A DNA stretch of 64,000 nt from Chrysomallon squamiferum (GCA_012295275.1 CM022671.1:31124001-31188000); one strand, 5' to 3'. Numbered from the stretch's first letter, positions 13,758 to 29,110 are shown. The notes: generated from the letters alone by a model not told the origin. Program-made: numbers and translations.

Positions 13758-16232
13758 TACATAACAACAAAATATTAATTCAGGTGACAAGGGGGTAATG
13801 TACGATAAAATGTTCTCAACGGAAATATAGATATATTTGATGTACACAGTATTTTGCTTGGAGGACATTTTTTTGTGTTTTGTTTATTGTCTTAGCAATT
13901 TCTTGACGCTTAAGAAAGAATCACCCCTTGGGCAGTGCTCTATAATGAGAAAAAAAAAAAAAAAAAAAAAAAAACTAGCTTTTTGAATTATTTCCCTCAA
14001 TACCTGTTTAGGTCACATAGGTTAGCGACCTGTGTATGTTACCTTATATTAATATATTACCACAAATACTGCTGCAGCTATTAATGTCCCTATTATGGAT
14101 GTATGGATTCATTTAAGTAGGTATAAATGTATATGTATGTATGTATGTATATATGGATGTATGTATGCATGTACGTATGTGTACAGATGTATACAGTGTA
14201 TAAATGTATATGTGTCTAGCTGCACGTTAACCCGTACGTGTGTCTGTTCATCCATGTGTCTATTATATCTGTTTCGCTGTTCGTTTGATGTTGTATTAAT
14301 TAATACGTTTGTAAAGTTTCCTGGTACACTAGAAACTATGTCAGTGAATCAAAAATCATGTTTTATGTCCAGCTGTCACATTTTTTTTTTTTCTGATTAA
14401 CATGAGAGAGAGAACAGCTTACATATAATTTTCACATATAATTTATTTTTGTTTTTATTTTATTAATATTTTGTTGTTGTTGTTTAAAAATGGGTTAATG
14501 GTGTTTTGTGTCTGTTTTTGTTTTGTTTGTTAATCCAGTACAGTATACGCAAAGCTACCAGTAAAAGCAAAGTGCTTAACACCAGTCGTCCCTTGCTGTT
14601 TAACAAATTATTAAAGTTGTCTCCAGCTGACTTTAAAACACTGTGACCAAGAAAGTACATACAGCTGTCAGTATGTCTGTCTGGTCTGGGGGAATTCGTA
14701 CAGTCTCCTTTTGGTCAAGCCCTGGTCAGTCTTACTTTGATGGTCATCATCATCAATGCAGTAAGAAACCACCGAATGATGACTTTGTGCACTGGACATT
14801 CACTGACAGGTCAAGTTTGGGCAACATTACATCTGTGGGCGACTGGGATTCAGCAGGATGGGATGTAAGCACTCTTTGACCAAGTTCTTTACTCTTAGGC
14901 AAAGTGCATTGTCCTCTCAAATCAGTAGTATTAATATGTCACAGGATTAACTACACAGATCGGGGTATAGTTATATGATATTGTACCTACCCCCTACCTC
15001 TTGAAGGAGCTAACATTTAAGACCTCTCCCCACCACCTCCCCTGATCCACCCTTTGTCGATATTTTCGTCAAAGCAGGTCACAGGTAGGCTAATAAATCT
15101 GCGCAGATTAATACCTGTTTCCTTAGAAAAGCACAGAAAGACTACAATAGATGTTTATATAAATCTTTTCTTGTCATTCTGCATACTTCGCCGCGGACAT
15201 TAATAACCTGAGATTCAGTCACTGTCAGCTGGCTGAATACCCAGGTTTATTTCAGGCTTGAGATGTATTATAACGGGATCCATTAACCGTTATATTTTTT
15301 TATTATTATTATTATTATTATAGTTGTTGTTATTCTTGTGTGGCAGGCTTTATTGAATGTTAGAGTCTACTGAATATTGGTTACTGAATGTCGACCGATG
15401 AATGGTTGACATAAGGTGAATATCTCCGAACAACTGTTGTGGAGGGTGACAGTTTGTGTGTGTCTGTATTTGTATGTGTATTTGTGTGTGTGTGTGTGTG
15501 TGTGTATGTGTGTGTTTACGTTTGTGTATGTGTCTGTGTACACATACCCATCCACACACACTTCATATCGTCTTAGCAGATAATAAAAGAAATGAGAAAA
15601 CATCACATTTATGTTTCACTTTTATCGACATCAAATGTTTCTTTTTCTTCTTCTTCTTCTTGTTTGTTGTTTTTGTAAGCTGTGTTGTTGTTGTTTTTTT
15701 TTTTTTTTTTTTTTTTTGCTCTCCTCGAAAAACCAACAAAGATCAAACACGTATATTAACAAAACAGACGATGACGAAAACTGATTAAGGTGATTATTTA
15801 TTATTTTTAGCCGATTATTGCCGATGTTTGTCTTAACGCACACACAAAACACAAACCATGAAATAACGGGGTCATCTCACGGTGGGGGCAGGGAACGGGT
15901 GGATATTTTAAACCATATTTATTTATTTATTTATTTATTTATTTTTGTTACAGATTCGACAAACCTGGCGCTTGTGTTATGACACTAATCTATAGCATAT
16001 TGTAAATAGCAATTTTAACATTCTAAATAAAACTATATATATTTTATATATATGCATACGTACGTACATGTATATGTGTGTGTGTGTGTGTGTGTGTACG
16101 TACGTACGTGTGTATGTATTAATGATATAGGAAGTAGAAGACATACATAGGCCATAACATGATTTATTTTGTGTATATTACCACATGTACACTTTAATGA
16201 GAAAAACAATAATTTGCAAGTATTTAAAAATT

Positions 16233-16276
<44 letters not shown>

Positions 16277-17267
16277 ACTAGTTCAGATAAACATGTATCT
16301 ATAATTAATATCGCTCTCATCAAAAGAGTATACAATAAAATTTCAGTTGGTCGGGTATTGACCTTTGTGATATTTTATTATTCAGTTGGACATGCCCTGT
16401 AGTAATCAAAATACATAAACAAAAAGAACAGTTTTCTTCAAAATAAATGTTTTATTAGTTTCTTTATTTATGACCGAAAAGTTATAAACGATTAGATTTT
16501 ATACATTTTGTAAATAAGTCTTTACCATAATTTTACAAAAACAGGTATATATTAAATACAGTTTCGTTTTAAATTTATATTATTATCTCTATTACTGCTA
16601 CTATTATAACAACAACAACAACTATTTACTACTACTACTACTACTACTACCCCCACTACTATTACTGTTGTACTGATACATTGATACAACCATTCTTACA
16701 GTTGCAACTACTTTTCTACCTCTACAGCAACTTCTACTATTATTAATAATAATAAAGCTGTTATCACTATTTTATTTATTTATTTATTTATTTATTATCA
16801 TCAACATCACAATATGGTATTATAAGAAGAAGAACAGAATAATTAGATAAATCTTTAAAGAAATGTTTATTAAAACGAAGCTTCGAGAAACAAGAAAGTA
16901 ATGAAAGAAAATAACCAAGCTGAACTCATAAACTTCACCTGGAAACCAGGGTACCTGAATGTATCCAGATCATACAGACAAACGGAAAAGAAATGGTGTA
17001 TTGTTGACGTCACACATACATGCTGCAACATTATCTCTAAATCAGTAATTATCAAAGGATTAAACAATACATTTTACATACACCCCCCCATAACTCGTTC
17101 ACCCTCCTTCCGTGACACCCACACGTATGCCAGCTCCGAATGTTTTATTTATTTATTTAGATTATTTTGTATAATTACATTTTTGTACTAATTCTTTTTT
17201 GATAATGTCTTTTCTTCAAGGATTTTTATTTTTATTTTTATTTTTTTCATTTAAAATTCGAGGATTA

Positions 17268-17323
<56 letters not shown>

Positions 17324-17607
17324 AAATTGAATATAATTACTTAAAATAGTAATCACACATGATTGTTATGTAATAATAATAATAATGGCAATAGCAATAA
17401 CAATAATAATAATAGTCATGTTGATGATGATAATGATGACAACAAAAACACCAACAACAATAAACATAAGAGGAAGAGAAAAGTACCAACCAATTCCAAA
17501 AACAGGAATAATAATAATAAAAAATTTACAAAAACAGGATGTTGTGAGTTTTAGCAGTTTCAAATGCTGATGATGGTGTCAGAGTTTCTGGTCACTAACC
17601 TAGGTTA

Positions 17608-17688
<81 letters not shown>

Positions 17689-19562
17689 ACACACACACAC
17701 ACACACACGTGTGTGTGTGTGTGTGTGTGTCTAAAATATATATATATTAACGTAACACATCTTTTTAAATTTATGTATCAAAGTCGGAATGTAAAACAAG
17801 ACTTCAGTTGCTAATAAAATAAAATAAAATAAAATAAAATAAAATAAATAAAGCCACAAAGGAAAACTATGCTTTGTTTTTTAAAAATTAGCTTCGATGT
17901 CTCTAGAAAAACCTCGCGTTCAAGAAGAAAATTCTTCGTAAAGGTCAAATTCTTGTACTGGAAAGGTCATTTAATTATTTTTGTGTTTTTTTTTTTCGTT
18001 TTTTTTCGTTTTCTTTGACTTTTTCTGTGCTTCAGGGCAAAGATGACATGAATTTTCGTTGTTGAGTAATTAGTAACTTCTCCCCTACATATCGCCATTG
18101 GGAATTGTGATACTAGTACATTCCACCAATATCAGACGCTCTAACTCTCTGACATTAACGAAGATTTTAACGTAAAAGGTTTTATAATAGATGAAAAGAT
18201 TGAATGAAATACATCTTTCGTATGTTGTTTTTTTCTCATTTTTATTTTATATATATATATAAATTATATTTATATAGCGTGTCTGTGCTTATGTATGTAT
18301 GTATGTGCAGTGGCGGACCTACATTTTTCGAGCCCGGAAAACAGTTATGAGACTCCCTGTGTATTTCTTAAGTTACCTATCCCCGATCTCTCTTTTTGTG
18401 TGAGTGTAACTGTGTGTGTGTGTGTGTGCCTGTCTCTTTCTGTCTGTCTCTCATTATTATTCTTGTTGTTACCATTCTTATCATTATTATTATTATGTCA
18501 GTGATTCTTTATTTATTTATAGTATTTATTTATTTATTTATTTATTTATATTTGAATATTATTATTAATTTTATTATTTAATTTTCAATTCATCACAATC
18601 TGAATTCTGGATAATAATATATATCTGTTTTTTTAAATTAAAACAAATAAAACGTTATCTTCGTAGACAATGATAAATGATTAATTACAAGAACTCCGAC
18701 TTCATACGAGGTGCACCGAGACACATTTGTTTGGTGTTCGTGTCATTAGCAGCAGTCGGGAAAGTTCGTTTCCCGAAGCGATAATCGCACTATAACGCTT
18801 CATTGAAAATGTACGTCGGGAAAGTTCGATGGTTTCCGCCCAGGGCTGAGCCTGAAGAAGAGTCTGAAGAGGTTCATTCTGCCACTTAACCCTCATTTCC
18901 TCTCAACGTCGGTAGCAGGGGATACGTCGTTTTGCTGTAGTACCCGGTAATTCAAGAGTCCCGGAAATGCCCCAACCTCTATGTCAAAAAGGACAACCAA
19001 TCAGCTTTACGATTAAATTGGTTGATTTCTTTTTTTTTTTTCTTTTTTTTTTTTTGGCGTTTTAGGTTCGTTTCTCGATGCAGGTAGCTTTTTTTTTTTT
19101 CTCTCTCTCTCTCTAAATAATCTTTCAGTACTTAAACTCTGTCACATTTAACTTTTAAAGATCGACATATCTTCGCTCATTGTTAAACAGTCTGATTACG
19201 CTGTTTTTCTGACCCTGTTCATGTTCATTACCGATGGTTCGGAACCACTTTTAGACCGACTGAAAGTGGAAGGACCAGACGCTTGAAATTCTTTTAAGTT
19301 GTGATAACCTCACAGTTTATTTTATGTTATGACGGAGACACAGACAGACAGGAACACACACATACGTACGTACGGATAAAAAGATTAATGACCTGCCATG
19401 AACCCCACATTATGGGGTTAGTCTTTTTCCGGAAGTAAGATATTCATTGTGGTCTGTTTATTTATTTATTTATTATTGTTTCTGTAGCTGCTGTTGTTGT
19501 TGTTCTTCGTGAATGCCGAATATAGATTTATTAGTAGACATACTGTAATCGTATCAGATATA

Positions 19563-19804
19563 CAGCAGGTCACATAAAATTCCATACATAGGAAAAAAAA
19601 TAAACTCTCTTTTTTATATGAAAAACCATTTTTATTTATATAACATGCTCTACATGACTGCCATTATGTTGAAAACACATTTCAGTGTGTGTCCTCCACT
19701 GCTGAAGAACACGTTCAAGCACAGCTGGAGTTATGCTTGTAATGGCGTTTGTGATACGTTGTTTGAGATGAAACCATACGTATGGAAAGTTATGGGACAC
19801 CCTG
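19563..19804 (-). mobile_element. Internally deleted Tc1/mariner-superfamily transposon retaining both TIRs and the transposase C-terminus
   Basis: Left end TA|CAGCAGGTCACATAAAATTCCATACATA versus right end reverse complement TA|CAGGGTGTCCCATAACTTTCCATACGTA; TA flanks; transposase-like peptide inside. Confidence 0.88.
19636..19770 (-). pseudogene. C-terminal remnant of a Tc1/mariner transposase
   Basis: LKQRITNAITSITPAVLERVLQQWRTHTEMCFQHNGSHVEHVI* matches the typical 'LK.RI..AI..I....L..V...W..R...C...NG.H.EH' tail; the catalytic domain is absent. Confidence 0.85.
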
Positions 19805-20099
19805 TAGAATAAAGAAAAAACCTTTCTCAGAAAAAGTAATCTAGCAGTGGTTTCGTAATGTTGCGTAACACAGAAATATTTGCTATCAAACTGGACCGTG
19901 AGAAAAGAAAACAGTGAAAATAAAAACTGACCAGTGATGTCAAGCATTTTATATGGGTTTTTGTTTGTTTCTTTGTTTGCTTATTTTATTTTATTTTATT
20001 TTATTTATTTATTTTTATTTTTATTTTTATTTTTTTATTTTTTTTACTTTGGTTTGATCACCACATTTATATAGTAGTAGCATTAGTAGCAGTAGTAGC

Positions 20100-20136
<37 letters not shown>

Positions 20137-20617
20137 ATAATAATAACTTCAAAAGATGAATAAAAATAATTAAAACAATAAATAAATTAGTAAAATGAAT
20201 AAATGACGAATGAACGAACGAACAGAACAGATAAATAAATAAGAAAATACACAGAAAAAATATACACAGAAAAAATAAAATTAAAATTAAAAAAAAAAAA
20301 AACATAAAAAATATTTGAAAAATACTAATTAGCTATACTACTGTCAAAAAAAAAAAAAAAAAAAAAAATATTATTATTATTTTTTTAAATTCCTTGTCAG
20401 ACATTGCGCACCCACTGGGCTTACTTCTGTAATGAGGCCTCTGAGCACAAACTCGTCAGTCAGAGTCAACAATGCCTAGCGGGGCCGAAAACCAAAGAAT
20501 TAATTTTTCAGAGAAAGATGCGTTGCCTCCAGTGCTTCTCGGCGGCCTCACCGTGGCGGGCAACGTCCGCTGAATGACGTAAGCCTCTCGACTTCACCTT
20601 GATAAATGGATGCTGGC

Positions 20618-20669
20618 CAACGTCTTGTAGATGTAGGACAACGTCTTGTAGATGTAGGACATCGTCTTG
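20618..20669. repeat. 21-bp tandem repeat, about 2.5 copies
   Basis: caacgtcttgtagatgtagga twice, then catcgtcttg. Confidence 0.92.
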
Positions 20670-20815
20670 CGGACAACGGTCACTTTTCTACTTTGCTAGA
20701 GGGGTGGGAAGGGGTCAAGGTTTGATGTCGTTTTTTTTTTTTTTTTTTGTTACTGTTTTGGTGATTGAATTTGTTCTTTTTATTATTTGTTTATTTCTTT
20801 CTTCTTCTTCTTCTT

Positions 20816-20846
<31 letters not shown>

Positions 20847-21000
20847 TTATTATTATTATTATTATTATTTATGCTGTTATTAATGTTATTTTTCTTCTTC
20901 TTACTCCTACTAGTGTAGTCGCTGAAGAGATTGTTGTATGCGTCGTAGTTGCAATGTTTTAAACTGGTACAGAGAAGGTAACTGAACAATAAATTAAAAA

Positions 21001-21102
<102 letters not shown>

Positions 21103-21606
21103 TGTTGTGTAATAATGTTTTTGTTTGTGGTGTACTGAAATTGATATTTCATATGTCAGTTTAAAAATTACATAAATTATTACAAAAATCTATCTATCTA
21201 TCTATATATATGTATATAAAGATCATGACAACCAATAATGATGAATAATCACCATTTCCAAGTTGAATTATTTGATTAAATCCTTGAAACATTTTGATCT
21301 GAGGTTCAAGGTATGACTTGGCAAGCGGCAGGCAAAGAACTTATCAACAGCTTATGTTTGAAAATTTAAGTCTTGGTATCAAATTTTCAACAAGGGCCAA
21401 TGGATACTAAAAGTCTACGAGGGCACTGAAAGTTGTAGTAGTAGTAGTAGAAGTTGTTGTGGTTGTTGTTGTAGCTGCAACAATGCTAGGTATAATGGTA
21501 ACTTAACGATTGCTATGGTGTTAGTGGTGGTGCTGGAAATAGCAGGACTATTAATAATAATAACAGTAATAGTAACAATAGCATCACAAAAGTAGCAGTA
21601 GTAGTA

Positions 21607-21947
21607 CAGGTACTGGACCAATTATCCGGCATCCGGAAATCCGGAAAGACCAGAAAACTGGAAGTTTTTTTTTCCCGACGCTATTTTCATAGTTCACCAA
21701 CACTGGTGTTGTCCTCACCAGACCGGAACTACTCTTTCAAGCCGCGCGGCGTTCCCTCACTCGCCGCATTGTTTACGTGTTGAGTCGCCACAGTTGTGTA
21801 TCGTCAATTTTCTTTATGTTTTTAATTTTAAAATGTTTATGCCTAATTGTTTACGTATTTAGATGCTTTGGTACCAGAAAACCGGAAAATCCAGAAATCC
21901 GGAATGTTTCAGGCCCCAAGGAGTCCGGATAATTGATCCGTTACCTG
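21607..21947. mobile_element. Tigger/pogo-type MITE with 23-bp TIRs and TA target-site duplication
   Basis: TA|CAGGTACTGGACCAATTATCCGG ... CCGGATAATTGATCCGTTACCTG|TA (3 mismatches), subterminal CC(G/A)GAAA repeats, no ORF. Confidence 0.88.
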
Positions 21948-22009
21948 TAATATCAACACTAGTCGTGATAGAAGTAGTATATAATTACACTTTTTTCTTT
22001 CTTTGTTTC

Positions 22010-22060
<51 letters not shown>

Positions 22061-22829
22061 TTAAATTTATTCGCCTATCGTCACCACATTCAACGTTGTC
22101 AGTCTTTTAACGTAACAAGACGTTTTACGTCATAAATATATTCAAGTGACGTAACTGAAATAGTCTGATGACGTATTAATATTTTCCACGTTGCATAACG
22201 TCCATAAATAAATAACTAAATCAGTAAACAAACAAATGTTTTGACTTCCTCCTGCCAACAATACCACTAACAAAACAACAACAACAAACAACAAGCAAAA
22301 TGACAATAATAACAACAACCAAGTTAATGTATATTAAATGTTGTTTTCTCCATTGACAATACTTCCACCCCCAGGTCAGCAAAGATCATTTTCCGGAGAT
22401 TACTGAACTTCTCCGAACTGACATCCTCGTTAAAAATGTATTTTTGTTTATTTTTGCTTGTCGTTTTTCCGTTCATTAGGACAATTATTGTTATTATTAA
22501 ATTTGTAGTATCTAAATTATTTATATTTTGTTGTTGTTATTATTATTACTTATTTTTTTTATTATTCTTCACTGAAGCATATAATGTGTCTGTTCTACTC
22601 CAATGGTTTGATAATTACATCTTTTTTTTTTATTTTTTTTTTTTTTTATTTTTTTTTTTTTTTGTTATACGGTTTGTTAAATTTGTAAATTATTTTAAAT
22701 AATTGTGTAGTTTACAGGTTGACTGATATAATTATGATAACCAGTATTATTATATACTCCTATTGTCTGTTTGAGTATATGTCTTTATGTCCTTATGTCT
22801 ATGTATGTCTAACTGAATGTACCCTTGTG

Positions 22830-23215
22830 TGTCTATATGTCTGTGTATTTATATGTCACTATGTCTATGTCTGTGTGTCTATATATCTGTATATCTATAA
22901 GCCAACATGTGGATATAATTGTCTGTTTTAGTTTATGTCTTTATGTGTTTATATCTACATATCTGTATGTCTATATATCTGTATATCTATATATCTGTAT
23001 GTCTATATATATGTATATTTATATATCTGTATGTCTATATATATATGTATATCTATATAACTGTATGTCTATATATCTATATATCTGTGTGTCTATATAT
23101 CTGTATATCTATATATCTGCATATCTATATATCTGTATGTCTATAAATCGATATGTCTATATATCTGTATATCTATATATCTGTATGTCTATATATCTGT
23201 ATGTCTTTATGTCAG
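22830..23215. repeat. Degenerate TATATATCTGTATRTC-type low-complexity tandem array
   Basis: Repeating tctatatatctgtatg/a units. Confidence 0.85.
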
Positions 23216-23289
23216 TATATTTCTCTCTAGGATCATCATTATATTAAAAAACGTACGCATTATAGTTAATTTTTAAATAAATATAATAA

Positions 23290-23373
<84 letters not shown>

Positions 23374-23632
23374 TTTGTTACGTCACAGATAATTGTCTGA
23401 ATGTAGTTCCCAAGGTTTGATTACCAAGACAAAGTCGAACTTGACAGATTTAAATATTAAAAATAAAATAAGTTTAAATTCAATTAACTCACGATTTAAA
23501 CACAAAAAGTTTAAATTCAATGCCACAGACACAAATATCTCCAACTGGAATTTTATTTTATTTAACATACAAAAAACAAAACGATGGCCTTGATTATTTC
23601 CGTTTTCGCACGATGTAATCAAATATCAATGT

Positions 23633-23749
23633 CTCTGGCGGATCTAAGAGGGTGGGGAGGGGGCGTGGTGAGGTGACGGTGCCCACATCCTTTTAAGTTT
23701 TGTCGTCTGAATTTTTTTATAATTTTTATTATTATTATTTATTTTTACA

Positions 23750-23781
<32 letters not shown>

Positions 23782-23866
23782 AATTATTATTATTGTTTTT
23801 TTTTTTGTTTTTTTTTAATAATTATTGAATTTTTTTTTTTTTTTTTATTATTATTATTACTTTTAA

Positions 23867-23914
<48 letters not shown>

Positions 23915-24041
23915 TTTTTTTTTATTATTATTATTATGAATATTTTGTTTTTAAATATATTCTTCCATTGACGGACGTACATCCACTCTGGTAACTAGGC
24001 AACAGTTCGCCCCCTTTTCAATTATTCTGGATCCGCCCCTG
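23633..24041. mobile_element. Possible decayed non-autonomous DNA transposon with GGCGGATCCAG-type termini, expanded internally by SSRs
   Basis: Left ctctggcggatctaa versus right ctggatccgcccctg; G-rich inside the left end and C-rich inside the right end. No clear TSD. Confidence 0.4.
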
Positions 24042-24334
24042 ATTAAGTTAAATATAAAATCGAAATATGACGAGCAGTCTATTAATCCTAAAGCCAAAGA
24101 ATGACGTCATGGCACCCAAATAAAGCCTCCAAGGTAAATATGTATTTTCTTCTTCTTCCAGCTAATTAGTATGCACTCATTTTTATCCCGTTCTGACCTT
24201 GGGGTTGACCCTGCTGAGACAAAGTATATCACTGTGTGTTTGCGCTTCTTCCACGTGTTCGTCCGCGGAAGTATTTTAAGGCGGTGAATTTGTAACACCA
24301 TGAAAGAAGAAGCTAAGTGAGTCTACGAGTGTGC

Positions 24335-24413
<79 letters not shown>

Positions 24414-25469
24414 TTAATGTGTGTGTGTGTATACGTTTATATGGCATATATGTATGTGTATGTAGGTATGTATGTATGTATGTATGTATGCTCTGTGAAA
24501 GCTTTTCATTCTTTATTTACTTTAATCCGCACACACACGCACACACATACCCCCCACACGCACACACAGACCCCCCCCCACACACACACACACACGCACG
24601 ATCAAAATAAAATAAAAAAATAAAAATAAATAAAACAGAAGGCCAAACGATTAAACGATTTCAGGGCATTTGCACCGAAAAAAAAAAAACATGTTCACAT
24701 GTAAGAGTTACATAACAGTTTGATTATTTTTTTCCCATCGTCTTTCCATTGATTTTAGCGAGCAAATTTACCTTCACGTCTCTTCTGTTAAAGAAACTGC
24801 TCCCCTCTCGTCACTTCAGAGTCTCACTCGCCGTCAAGGACACTTTCTATTTGCAGCATCGTTAGTGGAGAAAAAAACAACAAACAACAACAACAACATA
24901 ATTATACTGTATAAATCGAAACATTTCCGCCTTAACGCCCGGTGCATTCTGGGACGTGCGAACTGCTCGGGGGAAAGTAAAGTAGGACGGCGGCAGTCAT
25001 TGGTGAGATTAATTTGTCGCTTTGATGTGCTTTGAAACCCGCGCTGAGAAGCGAAGGCTTCCAGTAAGCTGAGAATTATGTTTTCGACGCCGCAGTGTGT
25101 GTTGTCGAGGTAGGCGCGTAATCTGGCCGCGTCGCCGTGTTGTCGCAGACTTGTTTGCACGACAGGCAAAACGTCGTTTTCTCCACGACTCGGGTGTGAA
25201 AACAGAAAAGTTGACAAACTCGGAAAGCGACGCGTTTAACACTCTGACTGAAAGAAACAGAGACGGAATAACGATACAGATTAGAATGTTTTGTTTTTAA
25301 AGTAATAAGATAAGCATGTATGTATGTATGCATGTATGTATGTATGTATGTATGTATGTATGTATGTATGTATGTGTGTATGTGTGTGCGTGTGTGACTA
25401 TGTGTACACTACCATCCATACACATACATAATTATATATGTAAATTTATAAATATATATGTATGTATAT

Positions 25470-25574
<105 letters not shown>

Positions 25575-26454
25575 GGATAGGAAAAGAGAGGCGGGGGTTG
25601 GATAAGAAAGCAGACAGAATTAGTGGTAGCAGTAGTTGCAGTAGTTGTAGTAGTGGTAGATATTTTTCTCTGAGGTGATAGTAACAGTACTAGCAGCAGT
25701 AACTTTCACGAATACTTTGATTCTACATTGTTTGAAAATTGTTATGGGCCATATTGTATTTAGTTATTTCTATATAACATTTCTTTGTTCACACTTTTTT
25801 CTTAGTATGAAATCATTCATCAGAGCAGTCTGTTGTTGTTATGATGATGTAAAAAGAATGATATTCAACGAATGCGGACGTCTGTGTATTTGCAGTGATG
25901 GTGTCGCCGAGGTCCACCCAAACGGGTCACGTCGTCCACGTTGTTGTGATATTATTCAGAGTCGCGAGGTCACAAATGTCTTTACAAAAGCTTATCGAAG
26001 TTTCTTTGAAATGTCGCCAAGCTTAATGATGTCATGATTATTTCCAGTGAGAAAGTTAGTCTTGTGTAGATTCAGAGTCACAGTTCTTACAAAAAAAATG
26101 TTTTCTCTGGCAATGAATAGGATATAAAAAAAAAAAAAAAATAAATAAATAAAAAAGAAAGAAATGCCTCTCAGCAGTTGAATCTGATGAAAATTTGTTG
26201 TTAATTAACCAGAATGTTTAGTCTTCGATGATGTTACGGTGTTGTACCGAGAGCTTTTCGTTTTGTAGTTCTAACTTCGGCAGTCGTTCTTGGAAATTGC
26301 ACAAAGGTTTCTGTTACGCTCCATTTTGAAAATGTTGTTTATTGTTGTTGGTTTTTTTGTGCTTTTTTCTGGTCGTGTATATGCAGATAATCTGTGTTAA
26401 TAAAGTTTAGCGATTTCATTAAATCTTGTCCTTTGTTTTTTTCATCATTCAGTG

Positions 26455-26528
<74 letters not shown>

Positions 26529-27042
26529 CGTCTCTCTCTCTCTCTCTGCCCGTCTCTAAGAATGTAAGACAGTATATAAATAAATAAATAAAAGTTATAT
26601 ATATATATATAATACCAAATTCCAAGATTAAAAAGAATCAAAAAAAAAAAAAGTGTGGTGGTTTCTGGGAGGGGGAGAGGGATTAGAACAGTGGTGGGAG
26701 ACGTGGAACAGCTCAACCCTCCCAGGGACAGAAAAACAATGGTGTATATTGATATAGGTTGCTTTTCTTTTTTAACCATCATCGTCATCATTACGAATGC
26801 TGCACTGTTGTTGTTCTCGTTGTTGTTATCGATGATGGTGTTGTTACTACTATTACTACTATTACCACTACTACTACCATTACTACTACTACTACTACTA
26901 TTACTACTATTACCACTACTACTACCATTACTACTACTACTACTACTACTATTACTACTATTACCATTACTACTACTACTATTATTACTGCTACTACTAC
27001 TACTATTACTGCTACTACTACTACTATTACTACTACTACTAT

Positions 27043-27079
<37 letters not shown>

Positions 27080-28122
27080 GTCCTGTTTGTGTCTATTCTA
27101 GGCCTAAATCAACGCCTCACTCTTTTTGAGGAAGTTTCCACTGATATTGCAAAATACATACCATGATATATCCCATTCATTACTCCGAGATAATAATGAC
27201 TTGAACTGGAAACTGTCCCCTTTCAGCTCCCCACAACTGCCATGTTTAAAACGTGTGAAAATTCGACCACCTCTGTAATGTAAACACGAGGAGTAATTTG
27301 GTCGCATTGCTGAGTAGCGAAATGTCAAACAGTACCACTGTGAGAAAAATGTCCTTCTCAGTTCAAGGATTAAAGGAAAGAAATGGATATATATATATAT
27401 ACGTATGAAACAATATTTACATACAAATATATATATATATATGAAAATATTTATTTAATGCAAAATATATATATATATATATATGAAATAATATATACAT
27501 ACATACATACATACAATATATACATGTATGAAATAATATTTACATACACATATATATATACTAATTCAGGTGGTAGTATTTGCTTTATTTGTATGTATGT
27601 ATGTATACACAAACACACAAACACACACACATATACTTAAATATATAATAATATGGAATAATACACACACACACACATCAGTAGAAGTAGTTCTGACAGC
27701 AGCAGTAGTAGTAATAATTTTCGTAGTACAAGTAGTAGTAATCAAAATACTAATAGCAGTAGTAGTAACAGTAGCACTGGTTATAGAAATAGGGCATTGT
27801 ACGTAAGATGTATACCAGTACTAAGTACAAAGGGGTGATGTCAAAACTAGTGTAGTTACAATCGATATAGTCAACAGTGGGACCATTGTCCGTACTACTG
27901 AGTTGCAGTCAGTCAACGGGTTCGTTGCCTTTGAAACACATACACCGGTCAGTGGCCCTGTTTATATAAGTGACTGTTAAAGTGATTAGTGACCTCGACA
28001 AACTACCCGATGATGCGATTAAACTTGAAAAAAAAATCCCCCCCCAAAAAAAAATCCGATAAGTTCATCGACCACAGCGAACGTTAACGACTTTTAATTA
28101 AATATATTTTAGTTACATATAA

Positions 28123-28386
<264 letters not shown>

Positions 28387-28414
28387 TTTATGTGTGTGTG
28401 TATGTGTGTGTGTA

Positions 28415-28449
<35 letters not shown>

Positions 28450-29110
28450 ACGTATGATCCTATTTATATATAGATATATTATATATATATGTAATTCATC
28501 ACGGGCACAAAATACCCGCCCAACGAGAAAAACAGGACCTACCCCCACACCACACAGACACACTCGTTGATGTCTTTATCTCTCTGCGGTCACAAAGCAG
28601 CAGATGACGTCAACTCGTTGACCTAGAGGTCGTCAGGAACTCCCGTGAAGAGCCGAAAACCGGATTCATGGGAGTTGCTCGTTTCATTGATAAAGGAAGA
28701 AAAAAAGAGAAAAAAGTAAAGAAGACGTTTTGAAAAGGCCTCTCTGTGAATGTTAAACAAGTTTCTTAAACGATCATTCAGAAGAAAAGATAAACTGGAA
28801 AGATCAAAAGAAAAAACAAAAAAAGAATTTTTTTTTTTTTTTTTCTGTTTCATTTTTCATTTTGCTGTTGTTTCTTCTTCTTTTTTTTTTTTTTTTTTTT
28901 TTTCTTCTTCTATGTTTGATTGTAAGTACAAAGTTGTGTATGATGAAAGTTGGAATTGATGTGAACACGAAATAATTTCATGGCTCAGGGAAGCAGATTT
29001 CCACTGTCGAGAAATCAAAATACATCGATGAATAAAAATTTGTATATAATAAAAACAATGATAACAGTAGCAAAAATATAATAATAATAATGGAAACAAC
29101 AATAATAACA

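Noticed and set aside
18308-18360. CAGTGGCGGA start typical of some non-autonomous DNA transposons
   Set aside because: No partner TIR or TSD is visible.
24834-25300. Overlapping non-SSR ORFs in a CpG-rich island
   Set aside because: They resemble no protein family I know; open frames are expected from the locally higher GC.
28666-28685. tcatgggagttgctc resembling miR-281
   Set aside because: An extra base disrupts the seed region and no supporting hairpin is visible.
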